Under the pieces are notes generated by a model, which saw nothing but the letters and a program-made list of their open reading frames with translations, had not been told where the DNA came from and ran no database searches. A stretch of 64,000 bases of DNA from NCBI GenBank assembly GCA_018651725.1, contig JABIDK010000014.1:70625-134624 (forward strand), given 5' to 3'. Position numbers and translations under genes: made by a program. Origin of the DNA: Candidatus Falkowbacteria bacterium (GTDB lineage Bacteria; Patescibacteriota; Patescibacteriia; JAACEG01). Positions 28,204 through 36,998 of this stretch are shown piece after piece. Numbering within the stretch: position 1 is the first letter of the stretch; every line of letters begins with the position of its first letter.

Positions 28204-29415
28204 ATGAGTAAATTTATTAAAAATTCACCTTTGGCTGATAGGGTGCGGCCGGATAGTTTGGATAATCTTTTGGGTCAAGATGAGATAATTGGAAAAGGAA
28301 AATTGTTAAGAGAGGCGATCAAAAAAGACGAACTGCCGTCGATGATTTTTTGGGGTCCGCCAGGGTCAGGGAAAACAACCTTGGCTTTTATTATTGCCAA
28401 AAAAACAAAATCAAATTTTATAAAAATCAGCGCTGTTTCTAGTGGCTTAAAAGATTTGCGTAGTATTATAGAAGAGGCCGAGACAAATAAAAGGCTTGGA
28501 GAAAAAACAATTTTATTTATCGATGAAATTCATCGTTGGAATAAAACTCAACAAGACGCGCTTTTGCCTTATGTTGAAAATGGCACAGTTATTTTAATAG
28601 GAGCAACAACGGAAAATCCCAGCTTTGAGGTGCGGAGTGCTATTTTATCGCGAGCTAGAGTTTTCGTCTTACAAGAATTAAAAGAAAAGCAACTTATAGA
28701 TATTTTAAACAAAGCCATAAAAGATAAAGAAAAAGGATTGGGAAAGTTAAATTTGAAAATCAGCAAAGATGTTGTAAAAACAATTGCCAAAATGAGCAAT
28801 GGAGACGCCCGGACAGCTTTGAATGTCTTGGAGTACGCCGGTTTAATCAGTAAAAAAATAACCTTGGAAATAATTAAAGAATCTTTTCAAAAATCACATC
28901 TTTATTACGATAAAGACGGTGATGAACACTATAATATAATTTCCGCTCTTCATAAGTCAATGCGGGGAGGAGATGAAAACGCATCCTTGTATTGGTTAGC
29001 AAGAATGTTAGAGGCTGGAGAAAATCCACTTTATGTTGCCAGAAGAATTGTACGGTTTGCTTCAGAAGATATTGGCCTTAAAAATTCCCGCGCTTTAGAA
29101 CAGGCAGTGGCGGCTTACCAGGCCTGCCATTTTATCGGCATGCCGGAGTGCAATGTAATTTTAGCCCAAGCCGTAGTTTATATGGCAAAATGCCAGAAAT
29201 CAAACGAGCTATACACAGCCTACGGAAAGGTAGCTAGAGATGTAAAGGAATTTGGCAATTTGCCGGTGCCACTTCATCTGAGAAATGCGCCAACTAAATT
29301 AATGAAAGACCTAGACTACGGAAAAAATTATAAATACAGTCCAGAGCATAATTATGAAGAGCAACAGGAATATTTGCCAAATGAGCTTAAAGGAAGAAAA
29401 TACTTTAAAAAATAA
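28204..29415 (+). CDS. rarA: Replication-associated recombination protein A (MgsA/RarA AAA+ ATPase)
   Basis: PLADRVRP, GPPGSGKTT, DEIHR, GATTENP, SALHKSMRG, VPLHLRNAPT. Confidence 0.95.
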   Translation: MSKFIKNSPLADRVRPDSLDNLLGQDEIIGKGKLLREAIKKDELPSMIFWGPPGSGKTTLAFIIAKKTKSNFIKISAVSSGLKDLRSIIEEAETNKRLGEKTILFIDEIHRWNKTQQDALLPYVENGTVILIGATTENPSFEVRSAILSRARVFVLQELKEKQLIDILNKAIKDKEKGLGKLNLKISKDVVKTIAKMSNGDARTALNVLEYAGLISKKITLEIIKESFQKSHLYYDKDGDEHYNIISALHKSMRGGDENASLYWLARMLEAGENPLYVARRIVRFASEDIGLKNSRALEQAVAAYQACHFIGMPECNVILAQAVVYMAKCQKSNELYTAYGKVARDVKEFGNLPVPLHLRNAPTKLMKDLDYGKNYKYSPEHNYEEQQEYLPNELKGRKYFKK

Positions 29416-29418
29416 AAA

Positions 29419-30729
29419 ATGTTAAAAATTAATAAAAAAATAATATTACTCGTGGTTTTTAATTTTTTTATTTTAATGAGTTTGATAACTTTATTAAACC
29501 CTTCTTGGATTATTGCTGGTGACGGTTATGGTTATTATATTTATTTGCGTTCACTTATTTTTGATCATGATTTAAATTTTCAAAATGAATATTCACAGTT
29601 CGATGCTATCTACGGAGCTCATATGAGCACTAATATAACCCCGTTAGGTAAAGTTGGTAATATGTTTTCTGTTGGGCCGAGTATTTTGTGGGCGCCATTT
29701 GTCTTTATTGCTTTTTTAATTGATTTGTTTTTTAATTTCTCTCAAAATTATTTTTTACCTGGTTTTAATTATCCTTTTGAAATAGCAATTGCTATTGCAG
29801 CTTTTTTTTATTTTTTTATTGGACTTGTTTTTTTGTACTTAGGACTTAAAAAGCTATTTGCAGAAAAAATATCTTTTTGGTCAACCACAATAATTTGGCT
29901 TACCTCCCCTTTGGTTTATTATTTAGTTTACGAACCATCAATGTCTCATGCTCTATCGTTTTTTTCTGTAAGCGGATTTTTATATTTTTTTATAAAATAT
30001 AAAAATAGTTTTGACAGAAACAATTTTTTAATTATTGGATTTTGGCTAGGACTTGCTATGCTTGTTCGTTGGCAGAATCTATTGTTTGCAGCCTTGCCGG
30101 TTGTTTGGATTTTGTGGCAACAGAAAATTGTGATTAAAAATAGATTAAGATTGTTATTTTATTTTTTTACTTCGGCTTTTGTTGTTTTTTCACCACAACT
30201 TTTAATGTGGAAATATTTATATGGTTCATTTTTGGTAGCTCCTCAAGGGGGTAAATTTTTTGATTTATTTAATCCGCATTTTGTTAAATTTTTATTTTCC
30301 GGTTACCATGGTTTTTTTGTTTGGCACCCATTTTTATTGTTTTCTGTTTTAGGATTATTTTTTTACATAAAGAAAAATAAAAAATTAGCTGTTCTTTTTT
30401 TATTAACTCTTTTTTTACAAATTTATATGAACAGCGCTTTATCGGATTGGTTTGGAGGAGGATCTTTTGGGGCAAGAAGAATGATCAGCTCTATTTTTAT
30501 TTTAGCAATTGGTTTGACTTTTATTATGTCGCAGTTGAATAGAAAAAGAATAGCCCTAATTTTTTTTAGCTTGATTATTTTTTTAGCAATTAGCTGGAAT
30601 ATTCTTTTAATGATAAGTTGTGCTAGAGGAGTAGTGCTGGTTAATGTACCGATCACAACAAAAGAATTGTTTAGCGAACAAAAAAAAATATTTTTAAATA
30701 TTGTAGAACGGAAATTTTTAAATAATTAG
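29419..30729 (+). CDS. GT-C (PMT/ArnT-like) membrane glycosyltransferase
   Basis: Polytopic membrane protein; DGYGYY..LRS..FD.DL, GGGSFGAR motifs. Confidence 0.65.
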   Translation: MLKINKKIILLVVFNFFILMSLITLLNPSWIIAGDGYGYYIYLRSLIFDHDLNFQNEYSQFDAIYGAHMSTNITPLGKVGNMFSVGPSILWAPFVFIAFLIDLFFNFSQNYFLPGFNYPFEIAIAIAAFFYFFIGLVFLYLGLKKLFAEKISFWSTTIIWLTSPLVYYLVYEPSMSHALSFFSVSGFLYFFIKYKNSFDRNNFLIIGFWLGLAMLVRWQNLLFAALPVVWILWQQKIVIKNRLRLLFYFFTSAFVVFSPQLLMWKYLYGSFLVAPQGGKFFDLFNPHFVKFLFSGYHGFFVWHPFLLFSVLGLFFYIKKNKKLAVLFLLTLFLQIYMNSALSDWFGGGSFGARRMISSIFILAIGLTFIMSQLNRKRIALIFFSLIIFLAISWNILLMISCARGVVLVNVPITTKELFSEQKKIFLNIVERKFLNN

Positions 30730-30797
30730 AAGTCTTGCAAATTATTAATAAAACTGTAAAATAAAACGTAATCAACTAATAACTAAATAATTTTTCT

Positions 30798-31454
30798 ATG
30801 AAACAAATAGCAACTATTTTATTTTTATTAATTTTTTTAACAGGTTGTACAAAAAACACTATGACTACAAACACAAATGAAAATGATTCTAAGAATCAAG
30901 AGGTAAAAGAAGAAGTTAATTTAATTCAGGAGCAAATTAAAAAAATGGGGCATGAGGATTTGGTTTCTGTTTATGATAAAGCGGTGATGAAAACCAATTT
31001 AGGGGATATTAAAATTAAATTTTATAACAGTGCTTCGCCAGTTACGGTTAATAATTTTTTGAATTTAGCTAAAACTGATTTTTATAATGGAACAAAATTT
31101 CATCGGGTTATGAAAGACTTTATGATCCAAGGTGGAGACCCTTTGAGTAAAGACGATAATTGGGCAATTCATGGTTCTGGCGGGCCAGATTATAAGTTCG
31201 ATGATGAATTTAATAACTACCCAATTGTCAAAGGAAATTTAGCCATGGCTAACTCCGGACCAAATACCAATGGTTCCCAGTTTTTTATTGTTACAGCCGA
31301 GAGCACCCCATGGTTAGACGGTAAACATACTAACTTTGGAGAGGTAACCGAAGGCATGGAAGTAGTGGAAAAAATTGAAGTTGTAGAAACTAACGAACGT
31401 GATCATCCACTAGAAGACATAATTGTCGAAAGTATTGAGTTAATTGCCAAATAG
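30798..31454 (+). CDS. Cyclophilin-type peptidyl-prolyl isomerase, lipoprotein
   Basis: Lipobox LTGC; FHRV..FMIQGGD, AMANSGPNTNGSQFFI, WLDGKHT. Confidence 0.93.
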   Translation: MKQIATILFLLIFLTGCTKNTMTTNTNENDSKNQEVKEEVNLIQEQIKKMGHEDLVSVYDKAVMKTNLGDIKIKFYNSASPVTVNNFLNLAKTDFYNGTKFHRVMKDFMIQGGDPLSKDDNWAIHGSGGPDYKFDDEFNNYPIVKGNLAMANSGPNTNGSQFFIVTAESTPWLDGKHTNFGEVTEGMEVVEKIEVVETNERDHPLEDIIVESIELIAK

Positions 31455-31537
31455 AAAGTTTGGGCAAAAACTAAAAATATGTTATAATAAAAGTGTAAAA
31501 GTTTTAAGCTTTACATTTTGAGCTTTAAGTTTTATTT

Positions 31538-32302
31538 ATGCTTATTCAACCGGAGAAAGTTACTAAAATTCAAAAAAGACATACATTTGAGGCATTATTT
31601 AGAGATAGCACCCCAAGCTATGATTTTTTTCTAATGCTTATTCTATCGGCCATTCTTGTGGCGATTGGTCTTTTAATAAACAACGCAGTTGTTGTTATCG
31701 GCGGGATGTTGGTGGCGCCGATTTTGTCTCCTATTTTAAGTTTTTCAATGGGAATGGTTGTTGGGGATGTAAAATTAATGAAAAGGTCAGGCGAAGTTAT
31801 TCTGCAGTCGATTTTAATTGTGGTAGTTGTGTCTCTTGTTATTTCTTTTTTAACTATTAATCGGGAGTTAACTCCGGAGATTTTTTCTCGCGCTCATCCG
31901 AGTCTAGCTTATTTTTTGATAGCCCTTTTTTCTGGTTTAGCCGCTTCTTATTCTTTAGTTCGTCCCAATTTATCGGAAAAATTGTCAGGTGTAGCGATTT
32001 CTGTTGCTTTAATTCCGCCTCTGGCTTCTCTTGGGATTGCTTTTTCTTTTTTTGATGTTCGAGTCATCGTCGGTTCTTTAGGTCTTTTTGCTTTGAACTT
32101 AGTTGGCATTATTTTGGCGGCCTTAGTTGTGTTTGCAATATTTAAATTTTATGAAGTTAAAGAATCAATAGAGAAAAAAATTAAAGCCGAAGAAAGAATA
32201 ATTAAAGAAGAAGAAAAGGAAAAAACACAAGAAAAAATTGAAGAAATAGAAAAACAAGTCAAAGAAGCAACTGAATTTTTAAAAGAAAATAAAAAGAAAT
32301 GA
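31538..32302 (+). CDS. DUF389/TIGR00341-family membrane protein
   Basis: IGGMLVAP, GVAISVALIPPL motifs, about 7 TM. Confidence 0.8.
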   Translation: MLIQPEKVTKIQKRHTFEALFRDSTPSYDFFLMLILSAILVAIGLLINNAVVVIGGMLVAPILSPILSFSMGMVVGDVKLMKRSGEVILQSILIVVVVSLVISFLTINRELTPEIFSRAHPSLAYFLIALFSGLAASYSLVRPNLSEKLSGVAISVALIPPLASLGIAFSFFDVRVIVGSLGLFALNLVGIILAALVVFAIFKFYEVKESIEKKIKAEERIIKEEEKEKTQEKIEEIEKQVKEATEFLKENKKK

Positions 32303-32356
32303 GTTAGTCCGTAAAGTCTGTAAGGCCCATAAAGTCGAAAGTCAGTGGAAATTTAT

Positions 32357-32398
32357 AAAATAAAAAAGTACGTACTCGAGTACGTACTTTTTTATTTT
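32357..32398. terminator. Bidirectional terminator, perfect 42-bp palindrome
   Basis: AAAATAAAAAAGTACGTACTC|GAGTACGTACTTTTTTATTTT between convergent genes. Confidence 0.85.
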
Positions 32399-32408
32399 CA
32401 GATTTTAT

Positions 32409-32699
32409 TTATCTTCCTTGTTTTGCTCTGTGACAATCTCTACATAACAATGTAGATTCGTCATTTGGTTGGAATGGAAGTTGAGTGATACCTGTTCCGC
32501 ATTCACTGCATTTCCAGTTTCCTTCAAACATTTGTCGTGGAGAGAAGTTGTCTCTTTTTGCTCTGTGGCATTCACGACAGAAGATTGGTCGACTTCCATC
32601 CGGTTCGAACGGAAGTTCTTTGATTTCAGCTCCGCAGTCACCGCATTTCCAATCACCTTGAAACATTTGGCGTGGAGCGAAAGATCCTTGATTGTCCAT
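32409..32699 (-). CDS. Tandem CxxC-x17-CxxC zinc-ribbon protein
   Basis: Two repeats of PRQMF.G.WKC..CG..I..LPF.P......CR.CH. Confidence 0.88.
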   Translation of the reverse strand: MDNQGSFAPRQMFQGDWKCGDCGAEIKELPFEPDGSRPIFCRECHRAKRDNFSPRQMFEGNWKCSECGTGITQLPFQPNDESTLLCRDCHRAKQGR

Positions 32700-32896
32700 T
32701 TTTGTTTTTTGTTACGTTTAACTAAAGTTTGAAATTTATTTAAAAACAATTTAAAATTAAACTGAACAAAACATTTTATAGACTTGTTATGCAACAAATC
32801 TAATTAATTTATAAAAATAGTATACTATAAGAACAATGGCTTGTCAATAGTTAGAGAGTTATGCTATAATAACATCATAAATTTTAATCAAAATAT

Positions 32897-33268
32897 ATGG
32901 CTAAAAAAGTCCAAAAAATTTTAATTGGTGAAGACGAAAAACCAATGGCTCGCGCTTTAGAGCTTAAGCTTAAAAGTTTGGGTTTTGAAGCAAAAATTGC
33001 CTTTAACGGCGAAGAGGTTCTTCAGGCTCTTCAAAAAGAAAAGTTTAATTTAGTTTTACTTGATTTGATGATGCCCAAGGTAGACGGGTTTTCTGTTTTG
33101 GCTAAGATGCAGGAAAATAAAGATAAAACACCTGTTATTGTAGCGTCTAATTTAAGTCAAAGCGAAGATTTGCAAAAAGCCAAAAAATTGGGTGCAGTTG
33201 ATTACTTTGTTAAATCAGATACACCCATCGCCGAAGTTGTTGTGCGTGTAAAAAAAGCTCTTAATTAA
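32897..33268 (+). CDS. Single-domain response regulator (receiver)
   Basis: EDE, LLDLMMP.VDG, K motif. Confidence 0.92.
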   Translation: MAKKVQKILIGEDEKPMARALELKLKSLGFEAKIAFNGEEVLQALQKEKFNLVLLDLMMPKVDGFSVLAKMQENKDKTPVIVASNLSQSEDLQKAKKLGAVDYFVKSDTPIAEVVVRVKKALN

Positions 33269-33338
33269 TTTAGTAAGATTAGGAGGACTGGGATTATTAG
33301 GATTTTAAATCCTAAATATCTTAAGAATCTTATTAATT

Positions 33339-35000
33339 ATGTCAAAGAATTTAAATATAGACGACAAAAAAATAGCGGATATTTTACTTAAAGAAAGTTA
33401 TATCAGCGAAGAAGATTTTAAAAAAGGCGCGGAGTTTGCCAAGAATTTTCATTCAACGATTGTAAAATATCTTTTATCTGAAGAACTTATTAATAAGGAT
33501 TTATTAGGACAGGCTATTGCCGAGTCTTTTAAGGTTTCTTACTCTGACCTTAATACAAATATTCCCGCGAAGGAACAGGTCTTAAAAATACCGGAGGCTT
33601 TAGCGAAAAAATACAGAGCCGTTCTATTCACAGAAGAAAAAAATAGCGTTGTTATAGCAACCGATAATCTTGAGCAAAAAAACTTAAAAATCGGACTAAA
33701 GAAAATATTTAAAACAAAAAAGATAATATTAAGTTATTCTTTGCCGGAAGATATAGATGAAATTTTTATTTTCTATCGTAAAACACTTGATACTCGTTTT
33801 GCGAGCATAGTTAAAAATCAAAATAAAATTGCCCCGGAAATTATAACAGAGATTTTCCAGGATGCTTTGCTGTACCGGGCATCTGATATCCATTTTGAAC
33901 CTCAGGAAAAAGAAGTTGTTATTCGTTTTCGGGTCGATGGACTTTTGTACGAAGCCGGTCGTTTGCCAAAAGAACACTACGAAAATATTTTGAATAAAAT
34001 AAAGGTAATGGCTAATTTACGAATGGACGATCATTTTTCCGCTCAAGACGGAGCTATTCGTTATACGGCCGAAAAAGGAGTGGCGGTTGATATGCGTATT
34101 TCCATTTTACCGGCCTTAGATGGAGAAAAAATAGTTGTTAGGCTCTTGGCTGAATATGTTAAAGATTTTTCTTTGAGTGACGTTGGTCTTTTAGAAAAAA
34201 ACCAGGAGATGTTACTTAAGGCGGCTAGAAAACCTTTTGGTATGATTTTAGTTTCCGGACCAACCGGATCCGGGAAAACCACGACTCTTTATTCGCTTGT
34301 AAAATATATTAACAAGCCGGAGGTAAATATTACTACTATTGAAGATCCGGTAGAATATAAAGTTGTCGGAGTTAACCAGATTCAGGTTAATCAGCGCACA
34401 GAACTTACTTTTTCTAAAGGACTTCGTTCTATTGTTAGGCAAGATCCGGATATAATTTTAGTTGGAGAAATAAGAGATAAAGAAACAGCTGAAATAGCTG
34501 TTAATGCCGCTTTAACAGGACATCTTCTTTTTTCCACTTTTCATGCTAACGACGCCGCCACCTCAGTCCCGAGATTGTTAGATCTTGGCGCAGAGCCGTT
34601 TCTCTTGGCTTCTACTTTAGAGCTTTTAATTTCCCAGCGTCTGGCCAGACGAATTTGTGAAAATTGTCGCTATAGTTATAAGGAGACAATTTCCAGTCTT
34701 CAGAAAAAAATACCAAACGCGAAAAAATATTTTAACAGTAAATCCTTAACGTTATATAAAGGCAAAGGATGTAAGTCGTGCAATGATACAGGCTATCATG
34801 GACGGACAGCTATTTTTGAATTTATTCAAATTACTAAAGAGTTGGAGGAATTAATTTTAACAAGCCCTTCCAGCCAGCAAATCATCGCACTTGCTAAAAA
34901 ACAAGGATTTAATTCTTTGTTCGATGACGGACTGGAAAAGGTTAAAAAAGGAATAACCACTTTAGATGAACTTTTACGCGTAGTTCCTTTAGACCAGTAG
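33339..35000 (+). CDS. pilB: Type IV pilus assembly ATPase PilB/GspE
   Basis: ASDIHFEP, GPTGSGKTT, TIEDPVEY, RQDPD..VGEIRD, CxxC...GCxxC. Confidence 0.93.
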   Translation: MSKNLNIDDKKIADILLKESYISEEDFKKGAEFAKNFHSTIVKYLLSEELINKDLLGQAIAESFKVSYSDLNTNIPAKEQVLKIPEALAKKYRAVLFTEEKNSVVIATDNLEQKNLKIGLKKIFKTKKIILSYSLPEDIDEIFIFYRKTLDTRFASIVKNQNKIAPEIITEIFQDALLYRASDIHFEPQEKEVVIRFRVDGLLYEAGRLPKEHYENILNKIKVMANLRMDDHFSAQDGAIRYTAEKGVAVDMRISILPALDGEKIVVRLLAEYVKDFSLSDVGLLEKNQEMLLKAARKPFGMILVSGPTGSGKTTTLYSLVKYINKPEVNITTIEDPVEYKVVGVNQIQVNQRTELTFSKGLRSIVRQDPDIILVGEIRDKETAEIAVNAALTGHLLFSTFHANDAATSVPRLLDLGAEPFLLASTLELLISQRLARRICENCRYSYKETISSLQKKIPNAKKYFNSKSLTLYKGKGCKSCNDTGYHGRTAIFEFIQITKELEELILTSPSSQQIIALAKKQGFNSLFDDGLEKVKKGITTLDELLRVVPLDQ

Positions 35001-35063
35001 ATAATAGAAACTTAGAAAAATTTTGATATTTGGCGATAGCCTCGTTATGAAACAAGTTTAAAT

Positions 35064-36509
35064 ATGCCTGAAAAAAAACAACAAAAAAAGAAACCACAAA
35101 AAAAACAATCAAAAAAACAACAGTCAAAGTTTGTTATTTTTTTAAACAAGTTGTTTGCCGGCAAAGAGAAAGATTATTTTATTGAAAATTTAACAATGTT
35201 AATCGGTTCCGGGATGAGTATGTCGATTGCCTTACGATCTATAAAACAAGAAACCAGAAACGAATGGATGATAGAAACAATTGATGATATCACAGAATCA
35301 ATCGAAGGCGGGTCTTCGCTTTCTTCTTCATTTAAAGGTAAAGATCTTTTGTCCAGCCATGATTTGTCGCTGCTTCGAATCGGAGAAGAGTCCGGTTATC
35401 TTTTGGAAAATTTAAAAGTTATTGTGGCTGAGCAAAAAAAGGAAAAGATATTCAAGTCAAAAATACGCTCCGCCATGATGTATCCGATCTTTATTTTAGT
35501 TTTGACTGCAATTATTGGGCTTGGTATTGCCTGGTTTATCTTGCCTCGTTTGGCTTCTGTTTTTTCTTCTTTAAAACTAGAGCTACCTTTAGTTACCAGA
35601 ATTTTAATAGCTACTGGAAAATTTTTGGAAGGAAATGGTTTTTGGGCTATCCCGTGTGTTGTGTTAATTTTAGCAATAATTTTTTTCTTTGTATTTATTT
35701 TTTCTAAAACAAAATTTATTGGCCAAAAGATTTTAATCTCTACCCCGGGAGTTAAACAGCTTATTAGAGAAGTGGAGTTGGCTCGTTTTGGTTATTTACT
35801 TGGAACACTTCTAAAAGCATCTTTACCGATAGTGAAATCACTTGATTCGATGAGTAAGGCTACCACTTTTCGCAGCTACCAAAGATTTTATGTGCATTGT
35901 CGCGATTCTATTATGGATGGAAACTCTTTTCAAAAAAGTTTTTTATCGTACCCTAAATCGCATAAATTTATTCCAACCCCGATTCAACAAATCATAATTT
36001 CTGCTGAAAAATCAGGTAATTTAGCTGGATCTTTGATAGAGATAGGAAAAACTTTCGAAGAGAAAACAGACAACTCCACTAAAAACTTAGCTGTTATTTT
36101 GGAGCCAGTTTTATTGGTGGTTGTCTGGGTTGGAGTTGTAGGAGTGGCCTTAGCAGTAATTTTACCTATTTATAGTTTAGTTGGAGGGTTAGGTAATCAG
36201 CAGAATAGTATTTCATCACCACCACCAATAAAAATAGAAAAATTAGAAGAAAATGCGACCATAACAGGGGAGTTTCAAGAAGAAAAATTAATAGAGTTTG
36301 ATAATGGATTAAAAATTTTAAAAACAAACCTTGGTTATTTAAGTGTTCGAGACAAGCCATCTTTAGACGGAGTGATTATCGATGAAGTTAACCCTGATGA
36401 TATTTTTGAATATAAAAAAGAAGAAAATGGTTGGTACGAAATTATTTTAGATAAGGAGGCTCAAAAAACAGGCTGGGTTGTTGAAAAATATATTGAAGTA
36501 ATAAAATGA
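35064..36509 (+). CDS. pilC: Type IV pilus platform protein PilC/GspF with C-terminal SH3-like domain
   Basis: Two GspF repeats (GEESG.L, AMMYP, EKSG.L, ILEP); C-terminus LSVRDKPS...GWYEI....GWV. Confidence 0.88.
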   Translation: MPEKKQQKKKPQKKQSKKQQSKFVIFLNKLFAGKEKDYFIENLTMLIGSGMSMSIALRSIKQETRNEWMIETIDDITESIEGGSSLSSSFKGKDLLSSHDLSLLRIGEESGYLLENLKVIVAEQKKEKIFKSKIRSAMMYPIFILVLTAIIGLGIAWFILPRLASVFSSLKLELPLVTRILIATGKFLEGNGFWAIPCVVLILAIIFFFVFIFSKTKFIGQKILISTPGVKQLIREVELARFGYLLGTLLKASLPIVKSLDSMSKATTFRSYQRFYVHCRDSIMDGNSFQKSFLSYPKSHKFIPTPIQQIIISAEKSGNLAGSLIEIGKTFEEKTDNSTKNLAVILEPVLLVVVWVGVVGVALAVILPIYSLVGGLGNQQNSISSPPPIKIEKLEENATITGEFQEEKLIEFDNGLKILKTNLGYLSVRDKPSLDGVIIDEVNPDDIFEYKKEENGWYEIILDKEAQKTGWVVEKYIEVIK

Positions 36510-36970
36510 TTTTACCAACTACCAACTACCAACTGTCAACTACCAAGGGTTTTACCTTGCTTGAAATTCTCCTGGTGGTCGCAATAATCGTTATTATCGC
36601 TGGATTTTCTATGCCGGTTCTTCAGTCTTTTCAGAATAGAAACGATTTGGATATAGCCACGAATATTTTTGTTCAAAGTCTAAGAAGGTCTCAAGTTCTT
36701 TCTCGATCTGCCGAAGAAGACTCTTCTTGGGGGACTTATATTCAGGCAGGGAATATTACTATTTTTCAAGGATCAACCTATGCGGGCCGAGATAGTGATT
36801 TTGATGAAGTGTTTGAAATATCATCCAGTATTAATTTGTCAGGAGATCAGGAAATTATCTTTGGGAAAGTAACCGGAACGATAAGTTCCTCTAAATCAAC
36901 CATACTTACTTCTTTAAATAATGATTCCAGAACAATAGATATAAATGTAAAAGGAATGATTTCTTATTGA
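36506..36970 (+). CDS. Minor pilin (FimT/GspH-like)
   Basis: Prepilin motif KG|FTLLE plus hydrophobic helix. Confidence 0.88.
   Translation: MILPTTNYQLSTTKGFTLLEILLVVAIIVIIAGFSMPVLQSFQNRNDLDIATNIFVQSLRRSQVLSRSAEEDSSWGTYIQAGNITIFQGSTYAGRDSDFDEVFEISSSINLSGDQEIIFGKVTGTISSSKSTILTSLNNDSRTIDINVKGMISY
36513..36546 (+). repeat. 7-bp tandem repeat (TACCAAC) in pilin leader
   Basis: TACCAAC x3, TGTCAAC, TACCAA. Confidence 0.8.
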
Positions 36971-36998
36971 TTATTAACTATTAAACGTTAGCTTATGC

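Noticed and set aside
32405-32797. 130-aa minus-strand ORF with internal repeat
   Set aside because: Alternative-frame shadow of the CxxC-x17-CxxC gene (32409-32699).
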